Source: Lama glama
Taxonomy: Eukaryota
Reading direction: 5' to 3'
NCBI GenBank assembly: GCA_028534125.1
Contig: CM052818.1
Location: 16,122,001-16,186,000, forward strand
DNA length: 64,000 nt
Part shown: piece after piece, positions 39,391 through 53,641 of the stretch
Position numbering within the stretch: position 1 is the first letter of the stretch
Layout of the letters: each line of letters starts with the position of its first letter
Translations under genes and position numbers: made by a program
Notes under the pieces: generated by a model
What the model was told of the DNA's origin: nothing
Databases searched by the model: none
The model's input: the letters and a program-made list of their open reading frames with translations, nothing else

Positions 39391-41199
39391 TATTAAATTC
39401 TGTTTATCTTACTTTTTGGTATGTCAAGATTATGGAAATGAAAATGTTTCCTCATTTTATTTCATATTTCCTTTCCTCAAAAAAGGTTCATACACTTTTT
39501 ACTCAATCACCATGATTCATATAAACAATAAAAAGAGTAAGTTATATATGTGCACATAGATACCCACACGTACTACACATGTGACTACATTACATGTTGG
39601 GTAAGCAGTAAGTGCTTTGATTCTTTATGTTCCATTGAATGTATTCAAAGATGTTGGATTTGCTTTGTACAAAATTTAAGTGAAATATTTCTTAAAGATT
39701 GCTTTAGCACAATACTTCACTGATTTCAAGGTGTGTTCATGTTCTTACTGAGTCTGATTTAAAAAAATAAAATTTTATAAACAAAATGACATTTCAGGAA
39801 AGGTGCTTTGTAAACTCCATATATCTGCAGACAAAATCCTCTCTTTTAATCCTAGTGGAAGCTTTATTAGGTAAGCTAAGTCAAATCAAAATTGTTTTTG
39901 CCTGCTTGTTTAACAAGTAAATAAATCAATAATGCCATACGGTTACTACTTTAATTTTTTTTTTTCAGATTTTATTATAAACTTCCCTCAAATTGAACAC
40001 AGCATATGTGCAAAATCTATAAAATGCCTTTACTTGCTCATTGCATAAAGCAAATTAACGCCTCAAAACATATGTTACACTGAGCAATCCCCAAATGCTA
40101 TTATCAATATATCCTATTTTGTATTAGGTTTCAAAAAGGTCATCAGTTTACAGAATTTTAGAAAGTCCTGTCGATTTTCATGTCTTAGCTTGGCATTAAC
40201 AGTCACACTGTCAAGCGTGCCCTTTAAAGTTTTGACCTACTGGAAAACGGGCAGTTCAACTGGAGCCTCTATGGAGGAATTCACTTGATAGGCAGGACTG
40301 AAGCAGGAAAAAAAATTCTTTCTCTGTCTACATCTCAGAAAGAGTCTCTACATGCCAAATTTTCACTTTCATTTAGAAAAAAAGTGAACAAAGAGGTGAA
40401 TATATTCATTCAGCAATTACAGTCTTTATGCAAACTGCAAACTCATAAATTTAAAATCTTTATTAGAGCTTCCTTCTTGGTGCAGTCTATTCTATTGTTC
40501 ATTAATTTGAAGGTGTAAAAAAGGAAGCATTGAAATAGGGACAGAAGACAATAGGAAAGTTGAACGTTCAAGTTTACATTCTGTACTCCATTCATGTTAA
40601 AAGTGAGACCATCACCATTTCGAAAACTTTGGCTTTGATAAAAAAAACCATTATCTAAAATAGATAAATGGTGAGTGTGTTACAATAGATATCTTCTCTG
40701 TATAAAGCTGATACTTTGTTAAACATTTTTTCCTTGCTTGTCTCTATAGTTTATTTTTTCAAAAATATTTTTTCTCTAAATATGGTTTTATCCTTGTTTC
40801 ATATTAAACATTCATAACCATGTCATTTTATACTAACAATTATTAAAATTTTTCTACTCTTCTGTATTTCTATTTACAAAACAAAATTGTTAATACACTG
40901 ATAGAAGTAGATGCAAGAGAAGAAAATAAAATGCTAATAAGGAGATAAAGATAACTACTGACAAATTTTGAGAAATTATTCTGTAAAGTTGAGCAAATAA
41001 ATGAGGCTATAACTGGGATTATGGAAACCCACTGTTGTTATTTTTTAATGTTGGGACTTTACACTGCGTTTGATATTGATGAGAATAAGCAGTAGCCAAG
41101 GAGTAAATTACCCTAAAGGAGAGATGAGGAAGGACAATATCTTGGAGAAAGGGAGTGGGGATGGCATCTTATCATCATGAACTGGATAAAAAAAGTATG

Positions 41200-42280
41200 T
41201 GCTATGTCTCAAAGCACATTTTAAATATGAGTATGTCAAATGTTTGAAAATGAAAAAAAATTTTAAATATACTCTGAAGACAGTTATCAAATAAAGTTGG
41301 TATAGCTATACTAATATTAGATAATGTAAATCACTCAGGTAGATATGATGACAATTATAAACTTGTGCCTCTGGTATATAGATAAGCAATATTTGACATA
41401 CATAAATTAAATGAAAACAGTAATACATCTATAGTCATTGTGGGAGATATTAAATCACATATCTCATAAACCTTATACAAGCAAACAAAAATGCAGTAAC
41501 AGTAGAGAAAATATAAAAAAGCACAATTAAAAATGTGTATAAACAATCAAGTGAAAATATAACCAAAAGAGATAAAACCATGTTTATTTCATAAGTAAAT
41601 CAGGTATATATTTTCTATATATCTTGGATGATAAAGTATCTGTAAACAAAATTTAATGGATGAGACCATAAAGGATATTTAAACAAAATTCAGGAGATTT
41701 TCTGACTGTAGAAAAATAAATAAAAAGATAAACAGAAAATCTCTGTTAGAAATTAGGCAACATACTTCCAAATAACACATAGGTCAGAGGAAAAATTACA
41801 GTAGAAATTAGAAAATGCTTTAAACAGAAGGAAAATGAAGACATAGCATATGAACATTTGTGGGAAAAGGCAAAAACAATGCCTGGAGGGAAATCTATAG
41901 CCTTAAATAAATACATTAGAAAAGAACAAAGACTGAAAATCAATGATCTAAGCTTCCATCTCAAGATGCTGGGGAATGTATAGTAAAGAAGAGAAAGTAA
42001 ATGGAAGAAAATAATAAAAATAAGAGAACTTTATGAAAGAGAAACAATGCATAGAAGAGGTGGTTCTTTGAAAATATGGATGATTCTAATAAAATACTAG
42101 CAAGACTGATCAAGAAAAAAATGAAACATTTACCAGTTACTAACATCAGATAAAAAGTCCTATCATTCCAGACTCTAGACATATGAAAACGAAAATAAAA
42201 AGATATTAGTAACTCTTTATACCAATACACTTGACAATTTTTGAGAAGAAAAAAAAATCCTTGAAAACCACACCTGTCAG
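41200..42280 (+). mobile_element. L1 ORF2 endonuclease-region remnant
   Basis: 'gtcattgtgggagatattaa' (IVGDFN-like), 'ttctgactgta', 'catttgtgggaaaaggcaaaaacaatgcctggagggaaatctatagcc' (LWD.AKAV.RGKFIA-like). Confidence 0.8.
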
Positions 42281-45200
42281 GAAGAAAGGTGAACTTTGTA
42301 TCAGAGACAGTGGGACTTCTGCCATGGTGGGGAATCGTCTAATTCAGGAAAGACATGGCATGACCAAAGGCTAAGCTAGAATTTACTTAATGTAGAAAAC
42401 AAACACACACAAATGAAAAATGGTGTGTCACTTAGCTAGGTAAGTGGACTATTATAGTCTGATAAGCCTCTATATATTAATTATGAGGTTAATGGATTTG
42501 GATTTGACGCAATGAATAACAGAGAACAGATTCTTAAAAAATAGTGCAATAAAAGGATAAAGAGATGAAAATATCAACCATTACTGTATATGTGTTCAGT
42601 GCTTGATAATCCTGGCATTTTGCTTTGGGTAACTGGAGTGGGAGAAGGCAGAGTTACAGTAAAAGAACAAATAAACTTGTGACATTAATTCAGGTAAGAA
42701 GTAAGATTTGAACTTGGGTTTGCAATTTTGTTGAGCAAATGGAAAATAACAACACACAAACAGGAGAAAATCTAAACCTTTTAATGGAGGGAGATATCCA
42801 GAACTAGATAACATATTTAATTTTAAAGGAAAAGGAGAGAATTAGAAACACAGTACAAGGTTATACATTTTAGGGACTGAGAGAGAGTGTATTCACATGT
42901 TTATAAATGAGTACAAGAGAGACAAGACAATAAAATTTTTTAAACAAATCAAAGCATTTGAATAGCTTCATCATCAGTGAAAATCATATCAAAGTAGAGA
43001 GAAGGTAAGACAAATGAAGTTTCTCCATCTGCCTTTGAACAGCAATATGAAATTAAGGGTGAGATAATTTTCTATTCATGGAAGCTATTCTGCTTTGAAA
43101 TTTACTCATACACTCAGGTATGTCAGGAAGGTAATGCACTCTGTAATATGGTCTTTAAAATGCACAGTGTGACTGGCATGGTTTAAACATAACATTTAGT
43201 TGCAATATCACCCCAAATTATCCTAGCAGGGAAAGCTGAGGCAAACCACCAATTTTGACTCCACATGTATTCCAGATACAGAAAAACGGATAAATTGGCT
43301 TCTTTTGTGCTCTCCTTGCTGCTTGTCTTTATGAGCAGTGAAATGTGTGGATGGAGATTTCAACTCACAGAGAGGATTCTAGAGGAAAGCTGCAGGAGTT
43401 AGCAACTCACATGGCAACCCGGACTGCAAATGGAACCCAGCTGTCATCATGCTAAACAGGGTGGGGAGATTAGAAGGTAGGAGGCAGTTATTTTAAGTAA
43501 CAAACTCCAAGTGACTGAATTCCCATGGGGGAAAGAGAAAGCCCATGAATAGTGGGCATTCTAAGAAAGATTAATTTGGCTTTTCAAACAGCTGTTTCTC
43601 AAAAGGTTAGCAACGCGTTTCCAAGACTTAATAAGGAGTCATTTTACAGTTCTCCATTATTGTAACTGTAGGATCTTCAGCAAGTCATTTAACCTCTTTG
43701 TACCTCAGATTCTTTCTCTGCAAAATGGAGATAATGTCTAAAGATCAGAGAGTAAGTCAGCAGATTACAAGAGGTCTCTCTCATCACTTTAGGATGTATA
43801 GTTCTATGATTTACAAAAACCTCTACCTATGTGACCCACAAAGGCCTACAACTAACATGAGTGCCCGTTATAATTCTTCAACCTTTAAAATAGTGGCCAT
43901 TTACCTCCTACCTGTGTATGTTTAACACCCTTCTGGATTCTCAGCTGGCTCTGCTCTGACTTGGGGATAATTGAAGAAATCCTTGATCAGTAACGGCTAG
44001 GAATTAGGAACCTAACTCTTAAGGTGTTATGAGAATTGAATGTATTAACGTATTAAATTTCTTAACCTACTGCTTGACATATAGCAACCATTCAATAAGT
44101 ATTAATGCTGGTGGGTGTACTGATTCATTACTGAAATGGACATTGTGCTAAGGGTGCTGTCAACCTTTCTGCTGATCCACTGCAACATAATACACTGATT
44201 CCCTGATGCCAGTAATCAGTGCCACAAATTTCTTGTGACCAAGTCCCTACTGTGTCTTATTATTCCATATCTTGTTTTTCTTTTTAACTTGGTCTCATTT
44301 CTTGTGCTTGATCCTAAGTTTAACTCACCAGTTCTTCTAGGAACAAAAGATTTGTGGAAGAGATCTAGGGTGTGTGGTGTGGTTGGATTCTTGATGTCTG
44401 CTTTGACCTTACTGATGCAGGTGACCATGTGGACCTGTACTGGCTTGAGTCTGTAACCCCATGTTCTGCTCTATTCTCTGTTGCCTCCAGGGCACAATCA
44501 ATCTCACTACACTTGGCCAATTTTCATGGTCTCCAGCGAAGCTACAAACAGATCACACATTCTTCCCAGTTTTCTAAGAATTTAGAGGATACGAGAGAAG
44601 AGAAGTAAGAATACCACCTTTTACAAGGTTGATGTTACAGAGTGTGTGTGTTCTGGGAAGATATAAATGAACTTCCTAACATCGAATTCAGAATTAGGCA
44701 AGACCGGATGGGGATGGCTGGTACTGGAGGTGATTAGACTGAAGAGGAAAACAGTATGGGACTCAGTCCTGGATGCCCTGTTTTTTTCACCCCAAATCTG
44801 CCAGTAGGAGAAGTGAATAAAGGTGTAGAGAGAGATTAGAAGTGACTTAAGGGGAAAAGTACCTTCTTGGAGAAACGAGAAGTGGCTCTCTCATGACTGG
44901 CTGTACTTTCTCCTGTGAAAGGTGATCTCTAAATCTTGGCTACATTTGGACCAAATCCTTTAATAGTTATTAAGACTTTCTATATTTTATTGAGGGTAGC
45001 AGTAAGGGAGTAATGTAACCCCTTTCTATAGCCTTTCCTTCTTATGGAGTTCTATAAGTGGAATCCAAGTTTGTGTTCATAATATAAATTTAGCAAACGT
45101 AATATTTGGTGTTAATTAAAAACAGACTCTGGAGAGAGATGCTGAAAATGCAACATTTTCCCTAAAGACAAAATAAAAGAACATTTTTTAAAAAATTGGC

Positions 45201-45789
45201 TAATATGCATCTGTATGTAAACATAGGAGATAAAGAAAATTATTTTCTGAGTAATGGGTATTAATTTACTATTTGTCATATTTCCCTAGGTTATGATCAT
45301 CTTCTTCTAAATATGTGACCCAGGGTATCATTTCTGCTATTTATTTGTCAGTGTTATGTCCTCTAAGAATTTCTCTTTTTCATTCCGTAAGATAGTGCTG
45401 TTAGTCATCATCAAGCACTTTCAGGATTTGAATTCATTAAAATATTTTAATAAGGATGAAAAATAATGCATTTTGTAGTGTGTCTTAAGGGTTCCACAGG
45501 GACAAAGAGCAAACAATAAATGAACAAAAAAGGAACTTAACATAATGTCAAGCAGTAAAACAATCCAGATAAACTGCATGGGATTTCTCTAGTAATTATG
45601 GCTTAGGAAAATAGAATAGGAAATCTGAGGGGACTAGTTTCCTCTTTCTTCTGTTAGAATCACAGTGGCCTGGTGGTGGTGGTGGTGGTGTGTGTCTCAC
45701 TTGGAAAAGGTAAAGGTAAATCCTGCAACTATACTCTTTAATGCACATTTACAGCCATTACTTGGTGACCTACAACTATAATAATAGGC

Positions 45790-46010
45790 AGTCTTCACTA
45801 AGCACCTGCATTGAGAAAAAAAAATTGTGCTAAGCAGTTTGTGTGGGCTATCTCATCTAATCTTTCAGTTATTCTGCAATATAGAAACTATTATTCCCCC
45901 TTTGTAAAAAAAAAAAATTTTTTTAAAAACAAGCCTAAAGAGGTTATGTATCTTTGAAAGAACATATGCTAGAAATAGTCAAAGACAGGATTTTAAATTC
46001 AAATTCTTGT
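45790..46010 (-). mobile_element. MIR SINE
   Basis: 'cactaagcacct...tgtgctaagc...tatctcatctaatct...agaggttatgtatcttt...ggattttaaattc'. Confidence 0.6.
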
Positions 46011-48550
46011 TTGTCTGGATGCTTACACATCTCCTAAGTCATTGGATTTCAAATTATTTACCAGGGCATAAGAAAACAGGTATACGGGGATAGATAGAAA
46101 ACATTAAGAAACATACTTTTTAATTTATCTCATCCTTTAAATTTTCACATTTGCATATGTTTTAGAACACAAACAACATATTAGTAAAGTATTACATACA
46201 GATACTTATAAAGCATATACATAAATTTAGAGTGTTAGCTCAATTTTTGTTATATTTAAATTTTTATTTTATTGATACTGATACATCATAAATAATATAT
46301 GGAGAAAGTCTGTAACCAATCAACTGTACCTACAAAAGTAACAAAGTAAGGTTCTCGAAGTCTTTCTGCTTTTTCACTTTCTCATCCTCACTTCCTTGAC
46401 TTTAGGCAGCCAGTATCCTCATGGCTATGTGCCAGACATCCACATATGACTTTGGTGTCCCATAACAGCCTCCCTCTAAGTTCAGGCTTTCCCTTCTTGC
46501 ACTATATCCTTTACCTGTATTATGAGGCTTGCCCTTTCTTCAGTGTTGCTGCCTGGATCTCAGTGTAAAACAAATGATCTATTAATGTGATAATGCAGAT
46601 TGCTGATAAGTTATGCCATGACATGTTTAGAGTTTCTATATTTAAAAATGATGTCTTTCACATCAGATAAAACATTGGAAATGAAGAGTGGAAGGAAACT
46701 CATTCTTTATCCTGATTTCTTCTCCCAAAGGTATGGATTACCAATTACTTGGAATATGTTACGGATTTAAAGAATGTATGTTTTTGAGTGGTGTTTTCAC
46801 TTTGCCAAGACTGGTGATATCCTACACATTTTTTACATATGACTTAAAATTTATTTTTTCTTTAAATAAAGGGCTGTCCTAGATGCTGTCTTCCCTCATA
46901 TGCATCTTTTCTCCAATGACTAGCTTGTCTATTTTGCATGTGAAATTTGATAATTTCTGTGTGAAAATATAATAACATATTTAACATAAAAATCATTCAA
47001 ACTTGCCAAGACTCAGCAAAGAATATTCTTAGCCATATCTTTTATATGGCAAGGATTAGCTTCCAAATCATCAAGGGTCTTAGAAAAAAGACCTACAATC
47101 TCTTTGAAATATTGATGCTATATCAATTCATTTTGGTTGTGAAAATGATCAGCAGGCTGAAATAAAAACGACAACTAGATATTTGATATATTTTCATTCC
47201 TATGAACATCTTTTTACTTATAAATCCATCTCTCTTAAGGGATACACCAGTGAGGGCAGAAGTTTTCTAACTTGTCTATGGAGGTAGAGAGCAGAAGAAA
47301 ACAATGGAAATTACGGTAAAGGTTATAAAGAATGTGAGTGAATTCAGTTTAGATTTGGTAAGATTGTTAAATCATTTGCAAACTTTGATTTCAATGTAAT
47401 TGTTTATTTTCCTTATGAAAGGTGAACCATACTTTCAGATGACATACATCAGTGTCACATTGATCCATCTCAGCAAGAATTTTATCCTAGCTCTCTAGTT
47501 CTATCTTATTTATTTGCATATCTATTTTTATAACAGATAATTTCTAAGGTCTTTAAATAAAAGGTGAGCTGATAGGGCAATGTATAGAATGAAAACAAGA
47601 AACTAGTTATTTTGTGGTTCCTCTTACAAGTTAAAATATACAGAAATGGGAGTTTTTTGATTGCCATAATGAAAAGCAAATTCAATTAATATTCATTGAT
47701 AAAAAACATATCTTTTTATATGTCCCTAATTATTGGATCTGTATTACAAGCATACAAAATTCAAATTCCAATAAATTACAAAGAAAAGTGGTATAAAAAT
47801 CTTATGAATGACAGTCAAACCACTTCAAAATAATATCTTTCAAGCTTGATTGTTCTCTTTGAAATAGAGAACATTATAAATGTGCAATGCATATTCAAAG
47901 ATATCAAACCAGAATTTACATTTTACTTTACATTGGAAACCTGGAAATTAATATTAGAAGGCTGGAGCCACCCTCATTGTGGTATTAATATGCCATTATG
48001 AATTAGTTTTAATATTTATTATCCTTAAACCACATTTTTCAACTTTAATATAAATCTTTGAATCATGTAAAATGTTGTATTTATTGTTTGGTTACACAAC
48101 TAAGTTTACTGAAGTTAGAAAGGAAATAACCAAATAGAAGTGACTCAAAACAAAGAGCATGAAGGCATTAATAATATTGTAAGAGTGACCTTCTTTACTG
48201 CATTCTAGCTAGAACTGGAAGCCCTTCACTAGAATGTAATAGCTAGTTCATTGGGTAGCTTATATTCTCCACTGAATATTTTATATGATATTAAGATATT
48301 TGGGGTATTAGTATATTTTATTGAATATTTGCCAAATTTTCAGAAGCTATGAAGATATTAATTTAATTAGTTAAAACAATACGTTTTGATGACAGGAAAG
48401 ATACATTGTTCCAAAGGAGGCTGTTTTGTCATGTACAAAATATTTTGAGGAGAATAAGGATAATTATACTAAGAATGCATATCAATAGCTACAATAGCTT
48501 CAACACAGGAACAAATGCATCTAGCTGTATCTGAAATCCTTAGGAAACAT

Positions 48551-48625
48551 ATGAATCACTATGCTGTACACCAGAAATTAACACAATATTGTAAATCGAA
48601 TATAATTCAATTTAAAAAAAAGAAA
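48551..48625 (+). mobile_element. Very short L1 3' end
   Basis: 'gaatcactatgctgtacaccagaaattaacacaatattgtaaatc..tataattcaatttaaaaaaaa'; degenerate TSD gaaacatatgaa / gaaaatatgaa. Confidence 0.75.
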
Positions 48626-49269
48626 AGAAAATATGAAATCTTTAAAGATCTCAGAATACCTAGATTTTTCAGATGCATTTTCTATATAGAGTTGTGAACA
48701 ACGGTTGAGGCCTAGAGAGCCAACAGATACCACTCTTTTTCTGATTTTAGAATAATAAAGAGATGAAGTCACAGGAAGAGATCATTTTCCTTATGAAGAA
48801 GTTTCCACCCCCACCATCACATCTGGTAAATACTGAGATTGGCCTGACTTAGTTGGATCTAGTGTGATGGCTTCAGTTCAGGCACTAAGATGTTTCTTAT
48901 GCTGAAAGACCACCTGACAGTGTAATAATGCAGACTAACTTCTCACAAGGCAGCTCAAGGCAAAAGGTTCAGAAGTAGCAATGACTGATCCAGATACTTA
49001 AAGGTGGGAGTGGTTACTAGCTCCTCATTTGGGTTGATTACCCACCAGCAAAGCTCACTTTTACTGAAGAAATAGGACTGATTGTATAACACACATCCCT
49101 AATGTCTTCCTGAATTTTAAAAACGAAAGGCAAGATCATTTAATATCAAATGTTAAATAAACTGAATAAACAACATGATCCTGACTCTGAATCTCACGAT
49201 TTGGCATGTGTAAGCAATAATGAACTACGTGCTGCATGCATCTACTAGACAAAAGAAGCAGAGATTTTT

Positions 49270-49620
49270 GCAAGGCAGGCATCTGCAGCAGGTGTGTCAA
49301 GGGAATCTACTTCCTGTTTCTAATACAGCTGCACATGTTTCTGGCAGGCAGCTTGCATTTGTGCCCTCAATCTCAGTGATTTCATCTTGCTTGGCTCTAG
49401 ATCCTGGCATGTCTGTGCATAAATTGTCAGCTTTATTAGAGCTATAAAAGGCCTGAGTGTTAACATCAAGCATGCAGATGCAGTGCTTGCTTAGCCAAGC
49501 ATACTTCCTGGACCACCACAATAGTGCAGCTGCAACCATTGTAAACCACTAGCAGTGACATTCTGTAAATCTTTATCTGTTTTACTGTGGCACCGTCATG
49601 AGTTGATACAAGGTAAACAT
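49270..49620 (+). promoter_or_regulatory. Candidate TATA-box Pol II promoter and non-coding first exon
   Basis: TATAAAAG at 49443-49450; E-boxes at 49280, 49289, 49326, 49332, 49475 and 49527; ACTTCCTG at 49309 and 49503; donor-like AAG|GTAAAC at 49612/49613. No repeat similarity recognised. Confidence 0.4.
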
Positions 49621-50454
49621 TTGGTATTTCAATTAACTAATGGGTAGGCCTCTGTAAATATGTTATTTTTTTCCCCTTAGAGGCTAAGTTATGTCTTTAA
49701 GGTCAAAATATTATTTATAAAATGGCTAATTTGTAATTGCTTACTTAGCAATAATTTGGTGACTTTTTTGTTACCCTGTGTCTTTTGACTTCTCAAAGTG
49801 TTTTACTTGAAAAATGGAATATCATTTTGAGGTCACAACTTCTATTTCATCTGTTTCTAATTATACAAAAATTTGTTATCCTTGAAAGCAAAATTTGTGG
49901 GTCCTCTTTATCTTTTGGTTCCTGAAAATGAACTCATGTTTCTTCAGATCATTCTGTTGAATAGTGCCATGAAGAACAAAATCAGCTGGTTGATGTGTCT
50001 ATAAATTTTTTTCAATTTGAGAACATTTTTATTAATTTTATTAATCCAAAAAGAAACCCCTCATATCTGTATTTTTATATATGTTTATATCCATGGAGTT
50101 TTATAACTTTTGTCCTGAAATGGTAAGAAAAATCATTCAATTTGTTCACTTTTTCCTTAACTGTAAGAATTATCAGATTATAAAAATGATAAAAGTTTAT
50201 TAATTTTTCAACGAAAACATAAAGGTATAAAGAAGCTGAAAGACTACCTATAATTACATAACATGGAGGTGTACATCCAGTGTAATTCCTTCCCATCTTT
50301 ATTAAAAATAAATAAACAATTTTCACAAAAACTGTTTTAAAAAAAATGTTGATGTCTCCCAACCTTATTCTTTAATTTTCACAATTCATTATTACCATGT
50401 TGTGTAAATGTGCCATTTATCCGCTTTCTTATCTGTCTCCTTTTCATAGATAGG

Positions 50455-50957
50455 TGAGTAAGTTATCTACTGCTGCATAACCAAGTATGTCAAAACATAG
50501 CAATAAACATTACCGTCACACAATTTCTGTGAGTTAAGAATCTGGAAGCAGCTTAGCTGACTGGTTCTCCTTTAGAGTCTTTCATAAAATTGCAACAAAG
50601 GTTTTTATGTTAGTCAAGACTACAAGCATTTGAAGTTTGACTGGGACTAGAGGTTCTGATTTTAAGTTTGCTCACATAGCTATTGGCTGGAAGCTTCAAC
50701 TCCTTGTTACTTGGGCATTTCCATATAATTGCTCAAGATTTGGCAGCTGGCTTCTCTCAGAGGATGTAGTCTAAGAGACAGAGAGGAAAACTATACTGCT
50801 TTACATAGCCTAGTACCCTAGTCACAAACTGTCACAACTGTCATTCATGACAAGAGAGTCATTAAGCCTAGACCACACTCAAAGAGAGAGGAATACATAG
50901 GTGTAAATATCTGAAGGGTAGGAATCACTGGGACTATCTTGGAGGCTGGCTATCAAT
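50455..50957 (-). mobile_element. MaLR LTR (MLT1G/H-like)
   Basis: 'agttatctactgctgcataacc...cacaatttctgtgagttaagaatctggaagcagcttagctg...atcttggaggctggcta'. Confidence 0.8.
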
Positions 50958-51025
50958 GTTTTCAGAGGAGTAAAGGGCTTTGAAATATTTAATTGTTATG
51001 CCCTGTGGTCTACAATGGTAATGAA

Positions 51026-51270
51026 CAGGGGTTGACAAACTACATCTTGGAATCAAATCCATCCCAAGACTTATATTTTATGGCCTTTGAGCTAAGAATG
51101 TTTTTTTTTTCTTCTTCTTCTTCTTCCTCTTCTTCTTTTTTTTTTTCCCCCACATTGTTAGAGGGTTAAAAAAAAGACAAAGAAGAATATGTGAGAGCGA
51201 CCCCTATATGGTTAGAAAAGCTTAAAACATTTACTATCTGGTTCTTTACAGAAAACTCCGCCAATCCCTG
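51026..51270 (-). mobile_element. MER58B-like hAT MITE
   Basis: 'caggggttgacaaactac...gagctaagaatg...atttactatctggttctttacagaaaa...gccaatccctg'. Confidence 0.8.
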
Positions 51271-53278
51271 GTTGTCAGGTATAATATCTGAGGCAATATC
51301 AGTATTATCACAGTTATATGAAACAAGTTAAGCAAATATGAATTTGCCAACTATATTATCTTAGTCTTACATTTTTGTTGTCATTTATACAACTGGCATT
51401 ATTAACAAAAGCTTATACTTTCATTATTGTTGTGGTTTTTTGTAGTTTAAAAAATTGTAACATCAACTCATATTAGGAATTAAAGACTCTGCTGTCAACT
51501 CAAAAATGAAACCATTCTCTTTTAGGAAGCCTGTTAGTATCAGATTCACACTCTACTTCATTATTTCATCAACAAAGCCAACTCAAGAGTGAAATAAGCA
51601 AAAAATAAATATAATTAATGCTAATCTCAATGTTTTAGAATCCCTGATACACAGATCAATCACTCCCTTTGCTTCTACCACTCTACTTTTGGGCCTACTA
51701 TGTTCATAGAGTCTTCTTGTGTTCATTTCTCAGACTGACTGTTACAGTGTAGACCAGTGTTGCAGAAACCAATTTTTTACTCCAAAGATGTTTATTCCTA
51801 TTGATTCCAAAAGTTCTACAGTATGAGATACTTCTCCACTCTACAGAACATAAAGTCAATCAACATATGTTTACTAAAACCCGTATGTTAAATAATATTT
51901 TCTGTACTGTAGAGATCACAAAGAAATAAAAGGCTGTCACAGTGGAATTCATAGGCTAGTGTGGGAGCAAACCTTTGCAAATGTAACTTTAACTAATAGT
52001 CAAGCCAGTAGGAGTGATGTGCTACGTTAGTGCTACAGAGAAGAAAGGGATAGAAAACATGTCCCGTCAAACCTCTAACACTTTAAAACTAGATCACTGT
52101 GATGTTTGAGGTCATACTAGAATTTTGTTGAATCCATGAAGGCTGAACTTACTTTCTTTGGAGAGAAGGAAGGGGGTCAAAGCTAAATATATGATTTTGC
52201 ATTATTCACCTTTAATCTTTCCTTTAGCACCAACAGCCCAGGATGACTTAGAACTTAACTGTCTCAAACCTATTTCCAGAAAGTACCTGGTAATTATTCA
52301 TAACATAAAAATCAAAGATAACAGATACTGCTGTGATGATACCATGAATATTTTCATATTTTCATCATCCTTAAACAGCTGTCCAGCTAACATAATGTAA
52401 CTGAATTAATGAGAAATTAAACCTTTAATTGTTGCAGATGCTGTGGATGAAGCCATGAGAGGCTATCAGACAGAATGAAACAAGTGATTATTTAAAAATG
52501 ACTTTCTCTGTGTATATGTGTTTAATTCACTTAATGTTAATTGCTTTATACAGTGGTAATGATGCCTCTGTTAAATAGTTTCCTAAAACAGTAAACCAAA
52601 CACTACTTGAATTAATTTTTTTTTTAAGTAAGCAAATTAATCTGGTTTCCTAAGGTAGGGCTCCTCTGAATATTTGATGTATATGCTTTTGTGAAAGTTA
52701 ACATTAGAAAAGAGCAAGGCGGTTCTTGGAAATAAAACTTTTTTCCATCCCCTCGAAAACTTAGTTAACCTTCCTTCCCATCTTACCAAAGCAATTATCT
52801 GATACATACAAAAGTTAAATTGGTATAAGTTTAAATGCATATTTGCAAGTCTGCCTGAAATTTCTATATGATTTGAACACTGGAAATGCTTCTTTAAAAG
52901 GTAGATTTGTTTGTGGTCTTCTTAGGAGAAAATCTAATGTCATACATTTATTTCAGGCAGAGAGAATTTTCTGAAAAGAACACTGAAGAACTAAAGGCAT
53001 GATGAAGTATTCAGTTCTAAAAGTTCCCAGACAATTTGAAAATGTCAAGACACACATTATTCTGTTTATATTAAACAACCTGTCAGACTAGCACATTTGT
53101 GAAAAATAACAGTGGTTATTTGTTTGGTGTTTCCAGTGTCTCTTCATGTAACTCAAAATGTCCCTCTTCCACGCAGATCATACATTAAAAAAAAATAACT
53201 TAAAACTATATAGTACTTTCCAGTAGTTTAACAACATTATTAATGTTTAAACCTAGAGAGAGCTATTGATATCGCCCT

Positions 53279-53641
53279 TGCTATTGACAGAATGTTTGTG
53301 TCCTCCCAAAATTCATTATGCTAAAACCTAATCCACAACATGATGGTATTTGAAGTGAAACCCTTGAGAGGTGATTTGGTCATGAGGCAGGGCCCACATG
53401 AACGGGATATGTCCCCTTATAAAAAGACTTGACTTCCCTCACTCCTTTGCCAGGTGCAGACACAGCAGGACTGCTGTCTACGAACCAGGAAGCAGGCTCT
53501 CACCAGATACCAAATCTGCCAGCACCTTAATCTTGGACTTCTCAGCCTCCCAGACTGTGAGAAACAAAATTTCTGTTTTTCATAAGCCATTCAATTCTCT
53601 TTTTTTTTTTTCCCCTAAAGCAGGTTGAATGGACTAAGGCA
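53279..53641 (+). mobile_element. MaLR solo LTR (MLT1A-like) with intact TSD
   Basis: TG...CA termini; 'gaatgtttgtgtcctcccaaaattca...atcttggacttctcagcctcccagactgtgaga'; 5-bp TSD gccct at 53274-53278 and 53642-53646. Confidence 0.9.

Noticed and set aside
52420..52490. Possible second exon after 'ttgttgcag|ATG'
   Set aside because: Weak pyrimidine tract, weak donor and an early stop.
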